Shown here one piece after another: positions 7,936-18,319 of a DNA stretch of 64,000 bases (position 1 is its first letter; every line of letters begins with the position of its first letter). Source of the DNA: an uncultured Flavobacteriaceae bacterium. GTDB lineage: Bacteria; Bacteroidota; Bacteroidia; Flavobacteriales; Flavobacteriaceae. The stretch is from positions 3,188 through 67,187 of the forward strand of contig CAWWAC010000006.1 in NCBI GenBank assembly GCA_963934855.1, written 5' to 3'. The notes beneath the pieces were generated by a model. That model did not search any database and had not been told where the DNA came from. It saw only the letters and a program-made list of their open reading frames with translations. Made by a program: the position numbers and the translations under genes.

Positions 7936-10900
7936 TTAATTTTGTTTTTCAATAAATAAAACACTCTCTACCTCATCAAAGGCAATTGATAGACCTTCTG
8001 AAAGGTTCTGAACTACTATAATTTCTGTAGCGAGAGTTTCCATTTTTATATATTCTAAATTATCTAATAAAGCAGTATCTATGAATGGGTCTTGTGTTAA
8101 TTTAATAACAATTTTATCTGTCACCTCAAAACCACTATCTTTTCTTAAATTTTGTATTCTATTTACCAACTCTCTAGCAATTCCTTCCGCCTTAAGTTTA
8201 GGACTTATAGTAGCATCTAAAGCCACTGTTAACGGGCCTTCGCTCGCTACTAACCATCCCTCAATGTCTTGAGAGCTGATCACTACATCTGACAGTTCTA
8301 CACAGAGTTTTTCACCTTCTATTGAGATTTCTAAAACTCCTTTTTGCTCAATTTCGTTAATATCTTTTGCTTTTAATAACTGTATAGCTGCCGATACCAA
8401 TTTCATTTTAGTGCCAAATTTTGGTCCTAAAGCTTTAAAATCTGGCTTGATTTGTTTTACTAAAACTCCAGAAGAATCGTCCATGAGTTCAATTTCCTTT
8501 ACATTCACTTCTGAGAGAATAAGATGAGACACCTCATTTATATCTGCTGCTTGTATAGCTCCAGAAATAGGGATCATTATTTTTTGTAACGGCTGCCTTA
8601 CCTTAATTTTCTCTTTTTGTCTAATGGAAAGCACTAAAGAACATATATTCTGAGCCAATTGCATTTTACGCTCCAAATGTGAATCAATAGCCTCTATATT
8701 TACTGCGGGGAAGTCTTCTAAATGAACACTTTCACGAACATTAGGTTCACAAACGGAAGCTAAATCTAAATACAACCTATCCATAAAAAAAGGAGCTATT
8801 GGAGCAGATAATTTTGACACAGTAAGCAAACAATTATATAGGGTCTGGTAAGCCGCTAATTTATCTGGCCCGTATTCTCCTTTCCAAAAACGCCTTCTGC
8901 ACAGGCGCACATACCAATTACTTAGATTTTCTTGTACGAAATCTGAAATAGCCCTGGCAGCTTTAGTTGGCTCATATTCTTCATAAGCCTGTTCTACTGT
9001 TAGAATTAAACTATTTAATTCAGACAGTACCCAACGGTCAATTTCTGGCCTATCCTGCAGTGGAATTTGAGGGGCACTATTATCAAAACTATCTAAATTA
9101 GCATATAAACTAAAGAAGGAATAGGTGTTGTAAAGGGTGCCAAAAAATTTGCGTTTTACCTCTACAATCCCTTCCGTGTCAAACTTGAGATTGTCCCAAG
9201 GATTAGCGTTAGAAATCATGTACCAGCGGGTGGCGTCAGCTCCATGGGTCTCAATGGTTTCAAAAGGATCTATGGCGTTCCCCAAGCGCTTGGACATCTT
9301 TTTACCATCCTTGTCTAAAACCATTCCGTTAGAGACTACATTTTTAAAAGCCGGCCTATCAAAAACCATAGTAGCTATAGCGTGAAGGGTATAGAACCAG
9401 CCCCTTGTTTGGTCTACGCCCTCTGCAATAAAATCTGCAGGAAATCGCTCATTATTATCTATAAATTCTTTGTTTTCAAATGGATAATGCCACTGGGCAT
9501 AAGGCATAGAACCAGAGTCAAACCAAACGTCTATAAGGTCTGCCTCCCTGTACATGGCTTGGCCACTTGCCGATACTAGTACTACCTGGTCTACAATATT
9601 CTTATGTAAATCTATCTTCTCATAATTGCTCTCAGAGAGGTCTCCTACCACAAAATCTTCAAAAATATCTCGTTCCATCACGCCTGAAGCAACGGCTGCT
9701 GCCATGGCTTCTTTTAATTCTGCAACAGAGCCTATCATCACTTCTTCTTTACCATCTGCGGTACGCCAAATAGGCAATGGAATTCCCCAGTAACGAGATC
9801 TAGAGAGGTTCCAGTCATTGGCATTGGCCAACCAGTTTCCAAATCTGCCTTCTCCCGTGGCTTTTGGCTTCCAATTTATTTCATGATTTAAAGCTACCAT
9901 ACGGTCCTTTACATCGGTCACTTTTATAAACCAAGAATCTAACGGATAGTATAAAATAGGCTTATCTGTTCTCCAACAATGGGGGTAAGAGTGCACGTAT
10001 TTCTCTACCTTAAAGGCTTTGTTTTCTTCTTTTAGAGTAATGGCTATTTCTACGTCTACAGAACGCTCTGGTGCTTCTCCTTCTGGGTAGTACTCATTTT
10101 TTACATACTTTCCTGCAAAAGACCCTAGCTCAGGTCTGAATTTTCCTTGTAAATCTACTAAGGGAACCAGATTGCCGTGGGTGTCTAGCACTAACATGGC
10201 TGGAATTTCTGGGTTGGCTTGTTTGGCTACCAAGGCGTCATCTGCCCCAAAGGTAGGGGCGGTATGCACAATTCCTGTCCCATCTTCTGTGGTTACGAAA
10301 TCTCCTGCAATGACCCTAAAGGCATTTTGGGGATTGTCATGGGGAAGCACCCCTTTAATGAGTTGTTCATATTGGATTCCTACCAATTCAGATCCTTTTA
10401 CTGAAGGGCCCACTAAATAAGGGATGTGTTTGTCTTCTTGGCTGTAAAGGGCCAATGCTTCTTTACTCTCTATCAATTGGTACTTTCCGGAAAACTGCTT
10501 CCCTACAAGGGCCTTAGCTAAAACTACGTTTATGGGCTCAAAGGTGTATTGGTTGTAAGTGCTCACCAGCACGTATTCAATCTTTGGTCCAACTGTTAGG
10601 GCCGTGTTACTTGGTAAAGTCCAAGGAGTTGTGGTCCATGCTAAAAAATATACGGGGAATTCTAAGCCTTGGAAAACTATTGGTAAGCGCTCTGGTAATG
10701 ACTTAAACTGAGCGGTAACGGTGGTATCTGTAACGTCTTGGTAAGTACCTGGCTGGTTAAGTTCGTGAGAGCTAAGACCCGTGCCTGCTTTTGGTGAATA
10801 GGGCTGAATAGTATAGCCTTTATAAATAAGCCCTTTGTTGTATATTTCTTTTAAAAGCCACCAAACAGACTCCATGTATTTTGGATGATAGGTAATATAT

Positions 10901-11340
10901 GGGTCTTCCATGTCTACCCAATAGCCTACCTTATCTGTCATGTCATTCCAAACATCTGTATAGCGCATAACAGCCTCTCTACAAGCCTTGTTGTAATCTG
11001 CTACAGATATTTTAGTTCCAATATCTTCTTTGGTTATCCCTAAGGCTTTTTCCACTCCTAGCTCTATAGGCAAGCCATGGGTATCCCAACCCGCTTTCCT
11101 TTTTACCTGAAAACCTTTCATGGTTTTATACCTAGGAAAAATATCTTTAATAGTCCTAGCCATGGCGTGGTGAATGCCAGGCATTCCGTTGGCAGAAGGT
11201 GGTCCTTCATAAAAAACATAGGCCGGTTTCCCTGCTTTCTGGTCTACACTCTTTTTAAATACATCTTTGTCTTTCCACTCTTTTAAAATAGAGGTAGAAA
11301 TTCCAGGTAAATCTAACCCCTTATATTCTGCAAACTTCAT
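7936..11340 (-). CDS. ileS: Isoleucine--tRNA ligase (long, type 2 form)
   Basis: 1134-aa class I aaRS. HIGH-type motif PSANGMPGIHHAMAR and KMSKS motif KMSKRLGN. Editing-domain-sized insertion. Confidence 0.97.
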   Translation of the reverse strand: MKFAEYKGLDLPGISTSILKEWKDKDVFKKSVDQKAGKPAYVFYEGPPSANGMPGIHHAMARTIKDIFPRYKTMKGFQVKRKAGWDTHGLPIELGVEKALGITKEDIGTKISVADYNKACREAVMRYTDVWNDMTDKVGYWVDMEDPYITYHPKYMESVWWLLKEIYNKGLIYKGYTIQPYSPKAGTGLSSHELNQPGTYQDVTDTTVTAQFKSLPERLPIVFQGLEFPVYFLAWTTTPWTLPSNTALTVGPKIEYVLVSTYNQYTFEPINVVLAKALVGKQFSGKYQLIESKEALALYSQEDKHIPYLVGPSVKGSELVGIQYEQLIKGVLPHDNPQNAFRVIAGDFVTTEDGTGIVHTAPTFGADDALVAKQANPEIPAMLVLDTHGNLVPLVDLQGKFRPELGSFAGKYVKNEYYPEGEAPERSVDVEIAITLKEENKAFKVEKYVHSYPHCWRTDKPILYYPLDSWFIKVTDVKDRMVALNHEINWKPKATGEGRFGNWLANANDWNLSRSRYWGIPLPIWRTADGKEEVMIGSVAELKEAMAAAVASGVMERDIFEDFVVGDLSESNYEKIDLHKNIVDQVVLVSASGQAMYREADLIDVWFDSGSMPYAQWHYPFENKEFIDNNERFPADFIAEGVDQTRGWFYTLHAIATMVFDRPAFKNVVSNGMVLDKDGKKMSKRLGNAIDPFETIETHGADATRWYMISNANPWDNLKFDTEGIVEVKRKFFGTLYNTYSFFSLYANLDSFDNSAPQIPLQDRPEIDRWVLSELNSLILTVEQAYEEYEPTKAARAISDFVQENLSNWYVRLCRRRFWKGEYGPDKLAAYQTLYNCLLTVSKLSAPIAPFFMDRLYLDLASVCEPNVRESVHLEDFPAVNIEAIDSHLERKMQLAQNICSLVLSIRQKEKIKVRQPLQKIMIPISGAIQAADINEVSHLILSEVNVKEIELMDDSSGVLVKQIKPDFKALGPKFGTKMKLVSAAIQLLKAKDINEIEQKGVLEISIEGEKLCVELSDVVISSQDIEGWLVASEGPLTVALDATISPKLKAEGIARELVNRIQNLRKDSGFEVTDKIVIKLTQDPFIDTALLDNLEYIKMETLATEIIVVQNLSEGLSIAFDEVESVLFIEKQN

Positions 11341-11373
11341 AGTATTAAGGTCTTGTGTGCGGTATTAAAGGCG

Positions 11374-11381
11374 CAAAATTA
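11374..11381 (-). promoter_or_regulatory. -7 promoter box (TAATTTTG) upstream of ileS
   Basis: Exact TAnnTTTG on the minus strand, 34 nt upstream of the ileS ATG. Confidence 0.4.
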
Positions 11382-11476
11382 AGCATTTAGAACGAAACCG
11401 CCTTCATTTTACAAGCTAGGAATAAAATTCTATAAATGAGTTTGTTTTTTTCAGGGCAGCCGGGTACAAAAAGTCT

Positions 11477-13900
11477 TTAAAACTGATAGCTAGCACCAAG
11501 AATTAAGTTACTCCCTGGTGCGCTAATTCCAGAAGAGTACATTCTATAAAGCGTATTGCCCATATTTTCCCATGCCACATAGGTAGTAATGGCATTGGAA
11601 AGGGTGTATTGAGATCTAAAATTTAAGGTGTCCCATGCTGGGCTGTAAGGCTTGTCATTTTTGTCTAAGGCGTATATATAAGCTTTGGACTGCTCTGAGG
11701 GGGGCAGCATGTCTGCACTAATTTCACTGTTAAACTGATAAGTAAAACTGGCCTTAAACCTAGAATTCTTATAAGTGAACTGAACATCACCAAAAGCTGG
11801 AGACACATGTCTTCCCCTTACAATATTCCCATTCTCTTCTTCTTCTTCTCCTCTTACCAAGCTGTAATTTGCAGCAAAAGAAAGGAATGGACTTATAAAG
11901 TAATCTAAGCTCAATTCCCAGCCATAAACAAATGCTTTTGCAGCGTTTTGCATGGCTTGAACATTAGTTGTACTGCCCTGAAAGCGAATCTCTCTTTGGC
12001 CGTTAAAAGAAAAATCTCTTCTCACAATAGCCTCATTTAAATGGGTGTAATAGGCGGCTGTTCTCAAAACTATTTTATCTGAGAAATTTTTCTTAATTCC
12101 TATTTCTGTCCCATAGGCATACTCTGGTTTTAAGTTGGGGTTTGGCACCACTATAGAACCTGGCTCAGATTCAAAAACCTTTCCAATATCATCTATATTA
12201 GGGGCTCTAAACCCCGTAGTAGCATTCCAACTAAAATGTAAGTCTTCCGCAGCTAACCAGCTAAGCCCAAAACTCCCAGTAAAAGCTCCTGTATTTAAAG
12301 TCGCTTTTTTAAAAGGAAAATCAAAAAATTGATTGTCAAAGGCAGCATCTATCCAGACATGACTGTAGCGCAACCCCCCTAAAAATCTCAAAGTCTCACT
12401 CCTCTCATAAGTGCTGTTTAAATATAACGCTGCGGTGGCCCAAGTAGATTGGTCTGGATACCTAGAGGCTGTCTGAAACATATCTTGAGTAACTATGTTG
12501 GTTTTTATTCCTTGTGAACCTACTAGATTTCCAATAAAATCTACCCCATAAAACAGCCTAAAAGACGCTTTTTTACGCTGTTCAAAATCTAGATTAAAAG
12601 ATAAGGCATCTAAAGATTCTTCAGTTTCGTATAAGCTGGTTTCTCCAAAATTCCTGTCGTTGCGGCTCTCACCAAACTTCTGATACGCTGCAGTGAATTT
12701 TAGCCCTTCATAAAAGCTGTTTTCAGGATTATGAGTCATTTGAAAATTAGTCATCAGCCATTTCTGAGGACCGTAATTCCAAACGGCAGACCTGAGGCCT
12801 TTCTCATCTTTAGAAGGCCTTATTAAACGGTCATACCTTGCGTAATCTGATGTTTCTGAGTAATATACCCCTAGACTGTAGTGAAGAAAAATACTTGGCT
12901 TAAATATCACTTTCTGCAACACATTAATTTGATTGTATGCAGTGGGGTTTTGAATGCGATTGTCTGGGTTCAAAACTAACTTATCTTGGCCTGCCTCTGT
13001 CTGAACATATTGGAGCCTTAAGTAGTCTGAAGGCCCTCTTTTCCCCATCTTTAAATCTGAAAAATCATTGTATGAAATAGAACTTAAAAGGCCCCATTTA
13101 CTCCCTGAAAAACTCATATCTATATGGGTGGTGTTTTCCTGATTGGCAGAGGAGTACCTATATTGAGCGTTTCCTGAGAGCGCTGGGACTCCTTCTTTAG
13201 AAAGCTGTGGAGTCTTGGTGTAATAATGAATCACCCCACCTAAAGCGTCGCTACCATAAATAACAGATCCAGACCCAAAAATAATTTCTGTATTTTTTAT
13301 AGTAAAAGGGTCTACAGAAATGCTATTTTGTAGGTTTCCGCCTCTAAAAATAGCGTTGTTCATTCTTACGCCATCTACAGAAAGAAGTAATCTGTTGGCA
13401 GAAAAACCTCTAATCATTGGGCTTCCTCCGCCTAGCTGGCTTTTTTGAACATAAACCTTTCCGCTCTGTTGCAGTAAATCTGCAGCCGTTTGGGGTTGAT
13501 TAAAGGCAATATTCTGTGCGCTTACTCCAATAATTTTCTGAGGCACTTCATTGCGCTGCTGTTCCCATTTAGAAATAGACATGACCACCTCATCTAACTC
13601 AAAAGCATTTCTTTGAAGGTAAACCACTCTTCCTCTCTGTACCCATTGAATTTTAGAAATTTTATAATCAATATAGGAAGGGTGCTTAATAAAAAGGGAT
13701 CCTTTTTCCAAAAAGGTCCCTAAAGAACACTTTCCTTCCAGATTTGTGTAAACAATAAAAGATTGATCTTTATTAGAGATGGTAGCCCCAACAAGAGGCT
13801 CCTTAGTCTCTGCGTCAAATATAAAAACATCTTGTGCTAAGCCTGAAAAAGAAATGCACCACACAAAAAAGCACATGGTTAAATTAAGAAAAAACTTCAT
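11477..13900 (-). CDS. TonB-dependent receptor with N-terminal carboxypeptidase-regulatory-like domain
   Basis: Signal peptide from ATG 13898-13900 (MKFFLNLTMCFFVWCISFSGLAQD). Plug-domain motif IRGFSANRLLLSVDGVRMNN. Long beta-barrel ending in the aromatic ...LGASYQF. Confidence 0.9.
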   Translation of the reverse strand: MKFFLNLTMCFFVWCISFSGLAQDVFIFDAETKEPLVGATISNKDQSFIVYTNLEGKCSLGTFLEKGSLFIKHPSYIDYKISKIQWVQRGRVVYLQRNAFELDEVVMSISKWEQQRNEVPQKIIGVSAQNIAFNQPQTAADLLQQSGKVYVQKSQLGGGSPMIRGFSANRLLLSVDGVRMNNAIFRGGNLQNSISVDPFTIKNTEIIFGSGSVIYGSDALGGVIHYYTKTPQLSKEGVPALSGNAQYRYSSANQENTTHIDMSFSGSKWGLLSSISYNDFSDLKMGKRGPSDYLRLQYVQTEAGQDKLVLNPDNRIQNPTAYNQINVLQKVIFKPSIFLHYSLGVYYSETSDYARYDRLIRPSKDEKGLRSAVWNYGPQKWLMTNFQMTHNPENSFYEGLKFTAAYQKFGESRNDRNFGETSLYETEESLDALSFNLDFEQRKKASFRLFYGVDFIGNLVGSQGIKTNIVTQDMFQTASRYPDQSTWATAALYLNSTYERSETLRFLGGLRYSHVWIDAAFDNQFFDFPFKKATLNTGAFTGSFGLSWLAAEDLHFSWNATTGFRAPNIDDIGKVFESEPGSIVVPNPNLKPEYAYGTEIGIKKNFSDKIVLRTAAYYTHLNEAIVRRDFSFNGQREIRFQGSTTNVQAMQNAAKAFVYGWELSLDYFISPFLSFAANYSLVRGEEEEENGNIVRGRHVSPAFGDVQFTYKNSRFKASFTYQFNSEISADMLPPSEQSKAYIYALDKNDKPYSPAWDTLNFRSQYTLSNAITTYVAWENMGNTLYRMYSSGISAPGSNLILGASYQF

Positions 13901-14603
13901 TGAGAATATGAATTGATTTAGGTGTTCTAAAGCCATCTAAATGGTGCTTGTAATAAATCATTAAATACTTTAATAACTCGCGCCTAATTTGTTGTGACAT
14001 TTTAACATCAGATAATGTATCAAAATTGATGCCTAATATAGATTTAAAATAAGAAATTTCAGGCTCTTGAATACAGGGGTGTAGAGAAAGCCGGTCTACA
14101 AAGGCGCCTTCTACTAAATCAAAATAAGGGGCATCTTTTTGATCTTCAGAAGGATAAAAACCAAAATACCTGCTAATAGTCACCAAAAAAAACAAATGAA
14201 AATTAGCTGTTTTTTCATGAGTGTCTAACCATTGTAGAGCCAATTCTATAAATGAGAATAAAGGCTCATTTTCTGCCTCTTCCTGAATAGCGTTAGTTAA
14301 AAATTCTGCTAAAAACAAAACCATAGCATTCTTAGCCATATCAAAATGTATGGTTTGGTAAGGAAAAAAAATTCTAGCTTCAGAAATCCGCTCTAAACCT
14401 CCCTTTTCTTTATGTTGGGCAATAATTTCTAATTGAGTAAGCGGCATAAAATGTGCCTTATTTAGCTTGCCTCTTTTCTGGCTTAAAATCCCTTGTAACA
14501 AATAGGATTTAATACCACTAGAGGCCGTGAACGCCTTTACTATTAAACTAGAGTCTCCGTATTTAATAGCCCTTAAGACAATTGCTTTAGTTGTTTGTTG
14601 CAT
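13884..14603 (-). CDS. recO: DNA repair protein RecO
   Basis: 239-aa ORF. N-terminal OB-fold pattern typical of RecO (TKAIVLRAIKYGDSSLIVKAFT). Size and overall pattern fit Bacteroidetes RecO. Confidence 0.85.
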   Translation of the reverse strand: MQQTTKAIVLRAIKYGDSSLIVKAFTASSGIKSYLLQGILSQKRGKLNKAHFMPLTQLEIIAQHKEKGGLERISEARIFFPYQTIHFDMAKNAMVLFLAEFLTNAIQEEAENEPLFSFIELALQWLDTHEKTANFHLFFLVTISRYFGFYPSEDQKDAPYFDLVEGAFVDRLSLHPCIQEPEISYFKSILGINFDTLSDVKMSQQIRRELLKYLMIYYKHHLDGFRTPKSIHILNEVFS

Positions 14604-14611
14604 GGGTGTAA

Positions 14612-14654
14612 AAATAAAAAAAGCCTTTACTCTTAAAAGAGAAAAGGCTTTTTT
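14612..14654 (-). terminator. Rho-independent terminator downstream of gdhA (bidirectional-looking)
   Basis: Outer stem AAGCCTTT/AAAGGCTT (14621-14650) with inner stem CTCT/AGAG. It is flanked by an A run and a T run and lies 23 nt after the gdhA stop. Confidence 0.7.
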
Positions 14655-14672
14655 AAGTACAGTAAAAATAGA

Positions 14673-16016
14673 CTAAATCACTCCTTGTGCCATCATAGCG
14701 TCTGCTACTTTCACAAAACCAGCAATATTTGCTCCTTTAACATAGTTGCAATATCCATCTTCTCCTTTTCCAAAAGCAATACAAGAGTCGTGAATGTCAG
14801 ACATAATTGCTTTTAAACGTTCATCAACCTCTTCACGTGTCCAGCTAATTCTAAGTGAGTTTTGAGACATCTCTAAACCAGAAGTAGCTACACCGCCTGC
14901 ATTAGATGCTTTGCCAGGTGCAAATAAAATTCTAGCTTCATGAAAAGCGTGAATGGCCTCAGGTGTTGAAGGCATATTAGCACCTTCTGCTACACAAATA
15001 CATCCGTTGGCTAGTAACTTTTTAGCGCCTACTCCATCCAACTCATTTTGAGTAGCACATGGAAGTGCTATATCACATGCAACTCCCCAAGGGGTTTCAC
15101 CAGAGTGGTAAGTAGCGCTTGGATATTGTTTTACATATTCAGAAATACGAGCTCTTTTATTGTTTTTAAGATCCATAACAAAGGCCAACTTCTCTTGATC
15201 AATCCCTTTTGAATCTAAAATATATCCTGTAGAATCGGACAAAGTTAAAACAATAGCCCCTAATTGAATGGCTTTTTCTGCGGCAAATTGTGCCACATTT
15301 CCAGAACCTGAAATCACTACCCTTTTCCCAGAAAAATCAGTACCCGAAGTCTGGAGCATGCTGTTTGCAAAATATACCGTTCCGTACCCTGTAGCTTCAG
15401 GTCTAATTAAAGAACCTCCCCAAGAAAGTCCTTTGCCAGTAAGCACTCCAGTAAACTCATTTCTAATCTTTTTATACATTCCAAAAAGAAACCCTATCTC
15501 TCTAGCGCCTACTCCAATGTCTCCAGCAGGAACATCTGTATTAGGCCCAATATGACGGTTTAATTCCAACATAAAGGCATGGCAAAAACGCATGACCTCG
15601 TCATCTGACTTTCCTTTAGGGTCAAAATCTGAGCCTCCTTTTCCACCACCCATAGGAAGAGTTGTAAGAGAGTTTTTAAACACCTGTTCAAAGGCTAAAA
15701 ATTTTAAGATACTGGCATTCACAGATGGGTGAAAACGCAAGCCTCCTTTATAAGGACCAATAGCAGAGTTCATCTGAATGCGGTATCCACGGTTTACGTG
15801 AATTTCTCCAGAATCGTCTACCCAAGCCACTCTAAAAGAGATTAAACGCTCAGGTTCTACCATTCTCAGTAAAATATTTTTACCGTTGTAAATATCATGC
15901 TTAGCAATATAGGGGATCACTGTTTCTGCTACCTCTTGTACCGCTTGAATAAATTCAGGTTCGTGACCATTTCTAGTCCTCACCTCTTCCATAAATGCAT
16001 TAATTTTTGCTTCCAT
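14673..16016 (-). CDS. gdhA: NADP-specific glutamate dehydrogenase
   Basis: 447-aa ORF. Catalytic Lys/Gly-rich motif LPMGGGKGGSDFDPKGKSD. Rossmann motif GSGNVAQFAAEK. Full-length hexameric GDH pattern. Confidence 0.95.
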   Translation of the reverse strand: MEAKINAFMEEVRTRNGHEPEFIQAVQEVAETVIPYIAKHDIYNGKNILLRMVEPERLISFRVAWVDDSGEIHVNRGYRIQMNSAIGPYKGGLRFHPSVNASILKFLAFEQVFKNSLTTLPMGGGKGGSDFDPKGKSDDEVMRFCHAFMLELNRHIGPNTDVPAGDIGVGAREIGFLFGMYKKIRNEFTGVLTGKGLSWGGSLIRPEATGYGTVYFANSMLQTSGTDFSGKRVVISGSGNVAQFAAEKAIQLGAIVLTLSDSTGYILDSKGIDQEKLAFVMDLKNNKRARISEYVKQYPSATYHSGETPWGVACDIALPCATQNELDGVGAKKLLANGCICVAEGANMPSTPEAIHAFHEARILFAPGKASNAGGVATSGLEMSQNSLRISWTREEVDERLKAIMSDIHDSCIAFGKGEDGYCNYVKGANIAGFVKVADAMMAQGVI

Positions 16017-16230
16017 TTAGAGTCTAATAAGTAGGCCTATTAAGCCTTTAATAATATAGGAGCGAAATTATAGTATTTCAATAATTTAAACTCCTTTTTT
16101 TATAGAATAATGCAATAGTGCTATCAAGAAAAAAATAAAAATCACGCACAGCAGTGAAAGCCTCTAAAAAAGAGTGTCAATAAGAAAAAAGATATAGACA
16201 GCAATAACAAAACCAAAGAAATATGAAAAA

Positions 16231-17385
16231 TTATTTTAAAGCCTGTTCTATATCTGATATTAAATCCCGTACATCTTCTATCCCAACAGACAGCCTAATA
16301 AGCCCGTCTACTACACCGTTTACATCTCTAATTTCTTTAGGTATACTGGCATGGGTCATGCTGGCCGGATGTCCCGCTAAACTTTCTACACCCCCCAATG
16401 ACTCTGCTAGGGTGAATAGTTGTAGTTTTTCTAGAATTTTTTTAGCCCCTGCCAAAGAATTGTCTTTTGGAACAAAGGAGATCATGCCACCAAAATCTTT
16501 CATCTGCGCCTTAGCTACAGAAAAGTTAGGGTGGTCTTCAAAACCAGGCCAATACACCTTTTCTACCTCAGTGTGCCTTTTTAAAAAAAAGGCTATCTCC
16601 CGCCCATTTTCACAATGTCTTTGCATGCGCAGATGAAGCGTTTTAATCCCTCTTAGTACCAAAAAACTATCCATAGGGCCACATATGGCACCACTGGCAT
16701 TTTGTATAAAGAAAAGCCTTTTTGCTAAGTGTTTCTCTTTTACCACTAGCGCTCCCACCACTACGTCACTGTGACCGCCTAAATATTTAGTGGCAGAATG
16801 CATGACAATATGAGCTCCTAAATTTAAAGGCTGCTGTAAATAAGGAGAGGCAAAAGTGTTGTCTACAGCCAATAAAATATCTAAGCCTTCTATAAGTGCT
16901 GCCACTCCTTTAATATCTACTATAGTCATTAAGGGATTGGTAGGGGTTTCTAACCAAATTAGCCGAGTTTCAGCAGTGATTGCTTTTTTAACTACTGCCA
17001 ATTCTTGCATATCTACAAAGGAGAAGGAAAGCCCAAAAGATTCAAACATTTGAACAAAAAGCCTATAACTCCCGCCGTATAAATCATGAGAAGCCAGAAT
17101 GTGATCTCCTGGCTTAAGTAATTTCAAGACCGCGTCTATCGCTGCTAAACCAGAGGCAAAAGCCAGTCCGTAGCTGCCATTTTCTAAGGCAGCTAAAGAA
17201 GACTCTAAAGCAGACCTTGTAGGATTTGCACTCCTAGAGTACTCAAAACCCTGATGCACTCCCGGGCTCTTTTGAGCGTAGGTAGAAGTCTGGTAAATAG
17301 GGGTCATTACAGCCCCGTAAGCAGGGTCTAATGTCTGACCACCATGAATGGTGATACTATTAAAATGCAATGTCTTTTTTTTCAT
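16231..17385 (-). CDS. Trans-sulfuration PLP-dependent enzyme (cystathionine gamma-synthase / beta-lyase family)
   Basis: Cys/Met-metabolism PLP family signature around the lysine (HSATKYLGGHSDVV). ATG at 17383-17385 (MKKKTLHFNSITIHGG) is preferred over the 22-codon upstream extension. Confidence 0.85.
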   Translation of the reverse strand: MKKKTLHFNSITIHGGQTLDPAYGAVMTPIYQTSTYAQKSPGVHQGFEYSRSANPTRSALESSLAALENGSYGLAFASGLAAIDAVLKLLKPGDHILASHDLYGGSYRLFVQMFESFGLSFSFVDMQELAVVKKAITAETRLIWLETPTNPLMTIVDIKGVAALIEGLDILLAVDNTFASPYLQQPLNLGAHIVMHSATKYLGGHSDVVVGALVVKEKHLAKRLFFIQNASGAICGPMDSFLVLRGIKTLHLRMQRHCENGREIAFFLKRHTEVEKVYWPGFEDHPNFSVAKAQMKDFGGMISFVPKDNSLAGAKKILEKLQLFTLAESLGGVESLAGHPASMTHASIPKEIRDVNGVVDGLIRLSVGIEDVRDLISDIEQALK

Positions 17386-17395
17386 ACTCCTAGTA

Positions 17396-17857
17396 TTATA
17401 TAGCCAATGCTTTTTTAAGTGCAATAATAGAACCAATATGAATGCCTTCATGAACTAAATTAAAGGCCATAGCGTCTGTAGCATTGTTAAGAGTGACCCC
17501 TACAGAGGTTGGGTATGAGGTGTAGTTTTTAAAAAGGCCCTGCGCTACATCTTCTTTGGTTCTAGCAATTAGGTCAGTTAAAGCCTCCCTAAGAACTGCC
17601 ACTTCCACTAAGGTAGGGACTTTTTGAGGGGCAGTACCCTTTCTGTAGCTATTTATGAAATCTTCGTCCAGATGTGGCTCCAAACCACTGAGCTTATACA
17701 CTAATAACTGCTGAGTAACAGCTACATGTGCAATGTTCCACCAAATATTATTGTTAAAGCCTGCGGGGATTTCTACTAACTTTTCTAAAGAAGTAGTGTC
17801 TAAAAATTTTACATATAACTCCCTAGTCTTTGCGGTGATTTCTAATATTTGGACCAT
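17396..17857 (-). CDS. DinB-family (four-helix bundle, metal-binding) protein
   Basis: 153-aa ORF with a DinB_2-like pattern and conserved His residues (NIAHVAVTQQ, LVHEGIHIGS). Lies 10 nt upstream of the trans-sulfuration gene on the same strand. Confidence 0.7.
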   Translation of the reverse strand: MVQILEITAKTRELYVKFLDTTSLEKLVEIPAGFNNNIWWNIAHVAVTQQLLVYKLSGLEPHLDEDFINSYRKGTAPQKVPTLVEVAVLREALTDLIARTKEDVAQGLFKNYTSYPTSVGVTLNNATDAMAFNLVHEGIHIGSIIALKKALAI

Positions 17858-17924
17858 AAATTCATTTTTGTTAAAAATAGTACAATTCCCCTAAATAAGG
17901 TTTCTTTGTACTTATAATCCCACT

Positions 17925-18278
17925 ATGAAACACATTTACTACCTAAGCACTTGCAACACTTGTAAAAAAATAATTGACAGCTTTGGGCCTCTGGCCGATG
18001 TCACTTTGCAAGACCTAAAGGGCTCCCATATTTCTGAATCTGAGTTAGAAGAATTAGCCCAACTAAGTGGTTCTTATGAATCTTTGTTTAACAAGCGTTC
18101 TAGGCTTTATACCAGCGAAGGTTTGTCACAAAAAACACTTGGAGAATCTGATTATAAGTCAATAATACTCTCTCATTACACCTTTCTAAAGAGGCCTGTA
18201 ATAAAGGTAGACCACGCGCTATTTGTCGGCTATAAAAAAGACACCATTGCAGCCGCTTATAAAGCCCTAAAGTCATAA
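17925..18278 (+). CDS. ArsC/Spx/MgsR-family protein (arsenate reductase-like fold)
   Basis: 117-aa ORF. N-terminal YLSTCNTCKK redox-type motif and a size typical of the ArsC/Spx family. Confidence 0.7.
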   Translation: MKHIYYLSTCNTCKKIIDSFGPLADVTLQDLKGSHISESELEELAQLSGSYESLFNKRSRLYTSEGLSQKTLGESDYKSIILSHYTFLKRPVIKVDHALFVGYKKDTIAAAYKALKS

Positions 18279-18319
18279 ATCTAAGCTCTAATAACTTAAG
18301 TGCCTCTTAATTGTTTTTC

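Noticed and set aside
13884-14654. recO starts only ~10-20 nt downstream of the strong gdhA terminator hairpin, and its 3' end overlaps the TonB-dependent receptor start by 17 nt.
   Set aside because: This is probably simple read-through, or a promoter I cannot recognise. Overlaps of this size are common here. There is no evidence of a functional recO-receptor link.
16164-16177. The 14-mer ctaaaaaagagtgt is shared exactly between the gdhA upstream region (16164-16177) and the first tandem repeat near purF (63414-63427). The flanks are also similar, roughly 24 of 29 positions.
   Set aside because: A rough estimate for this A/T-rich composition predicts several chance 14-mer matches between intergenic DNA and the rest of a 64-kb window. 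With two copies I cannot distinguish a dispersed motif from chance. A whole-genome search would settle it.
16223-16636. 137-aa plus-strand ORF overlapping the trans-sulfuration gene. Similar antisense ORFs occur at 50081-50461, 18412-18774, 47012-47383, 60597-60953, 24999-25352 and 25827-26177.
   Set aside because: All lie entirely within well-supported genes on the opposite strand. They have skewed composition (P/S/A/K-rich) and no recognisable motifs, which is typical of shadow ORFs.
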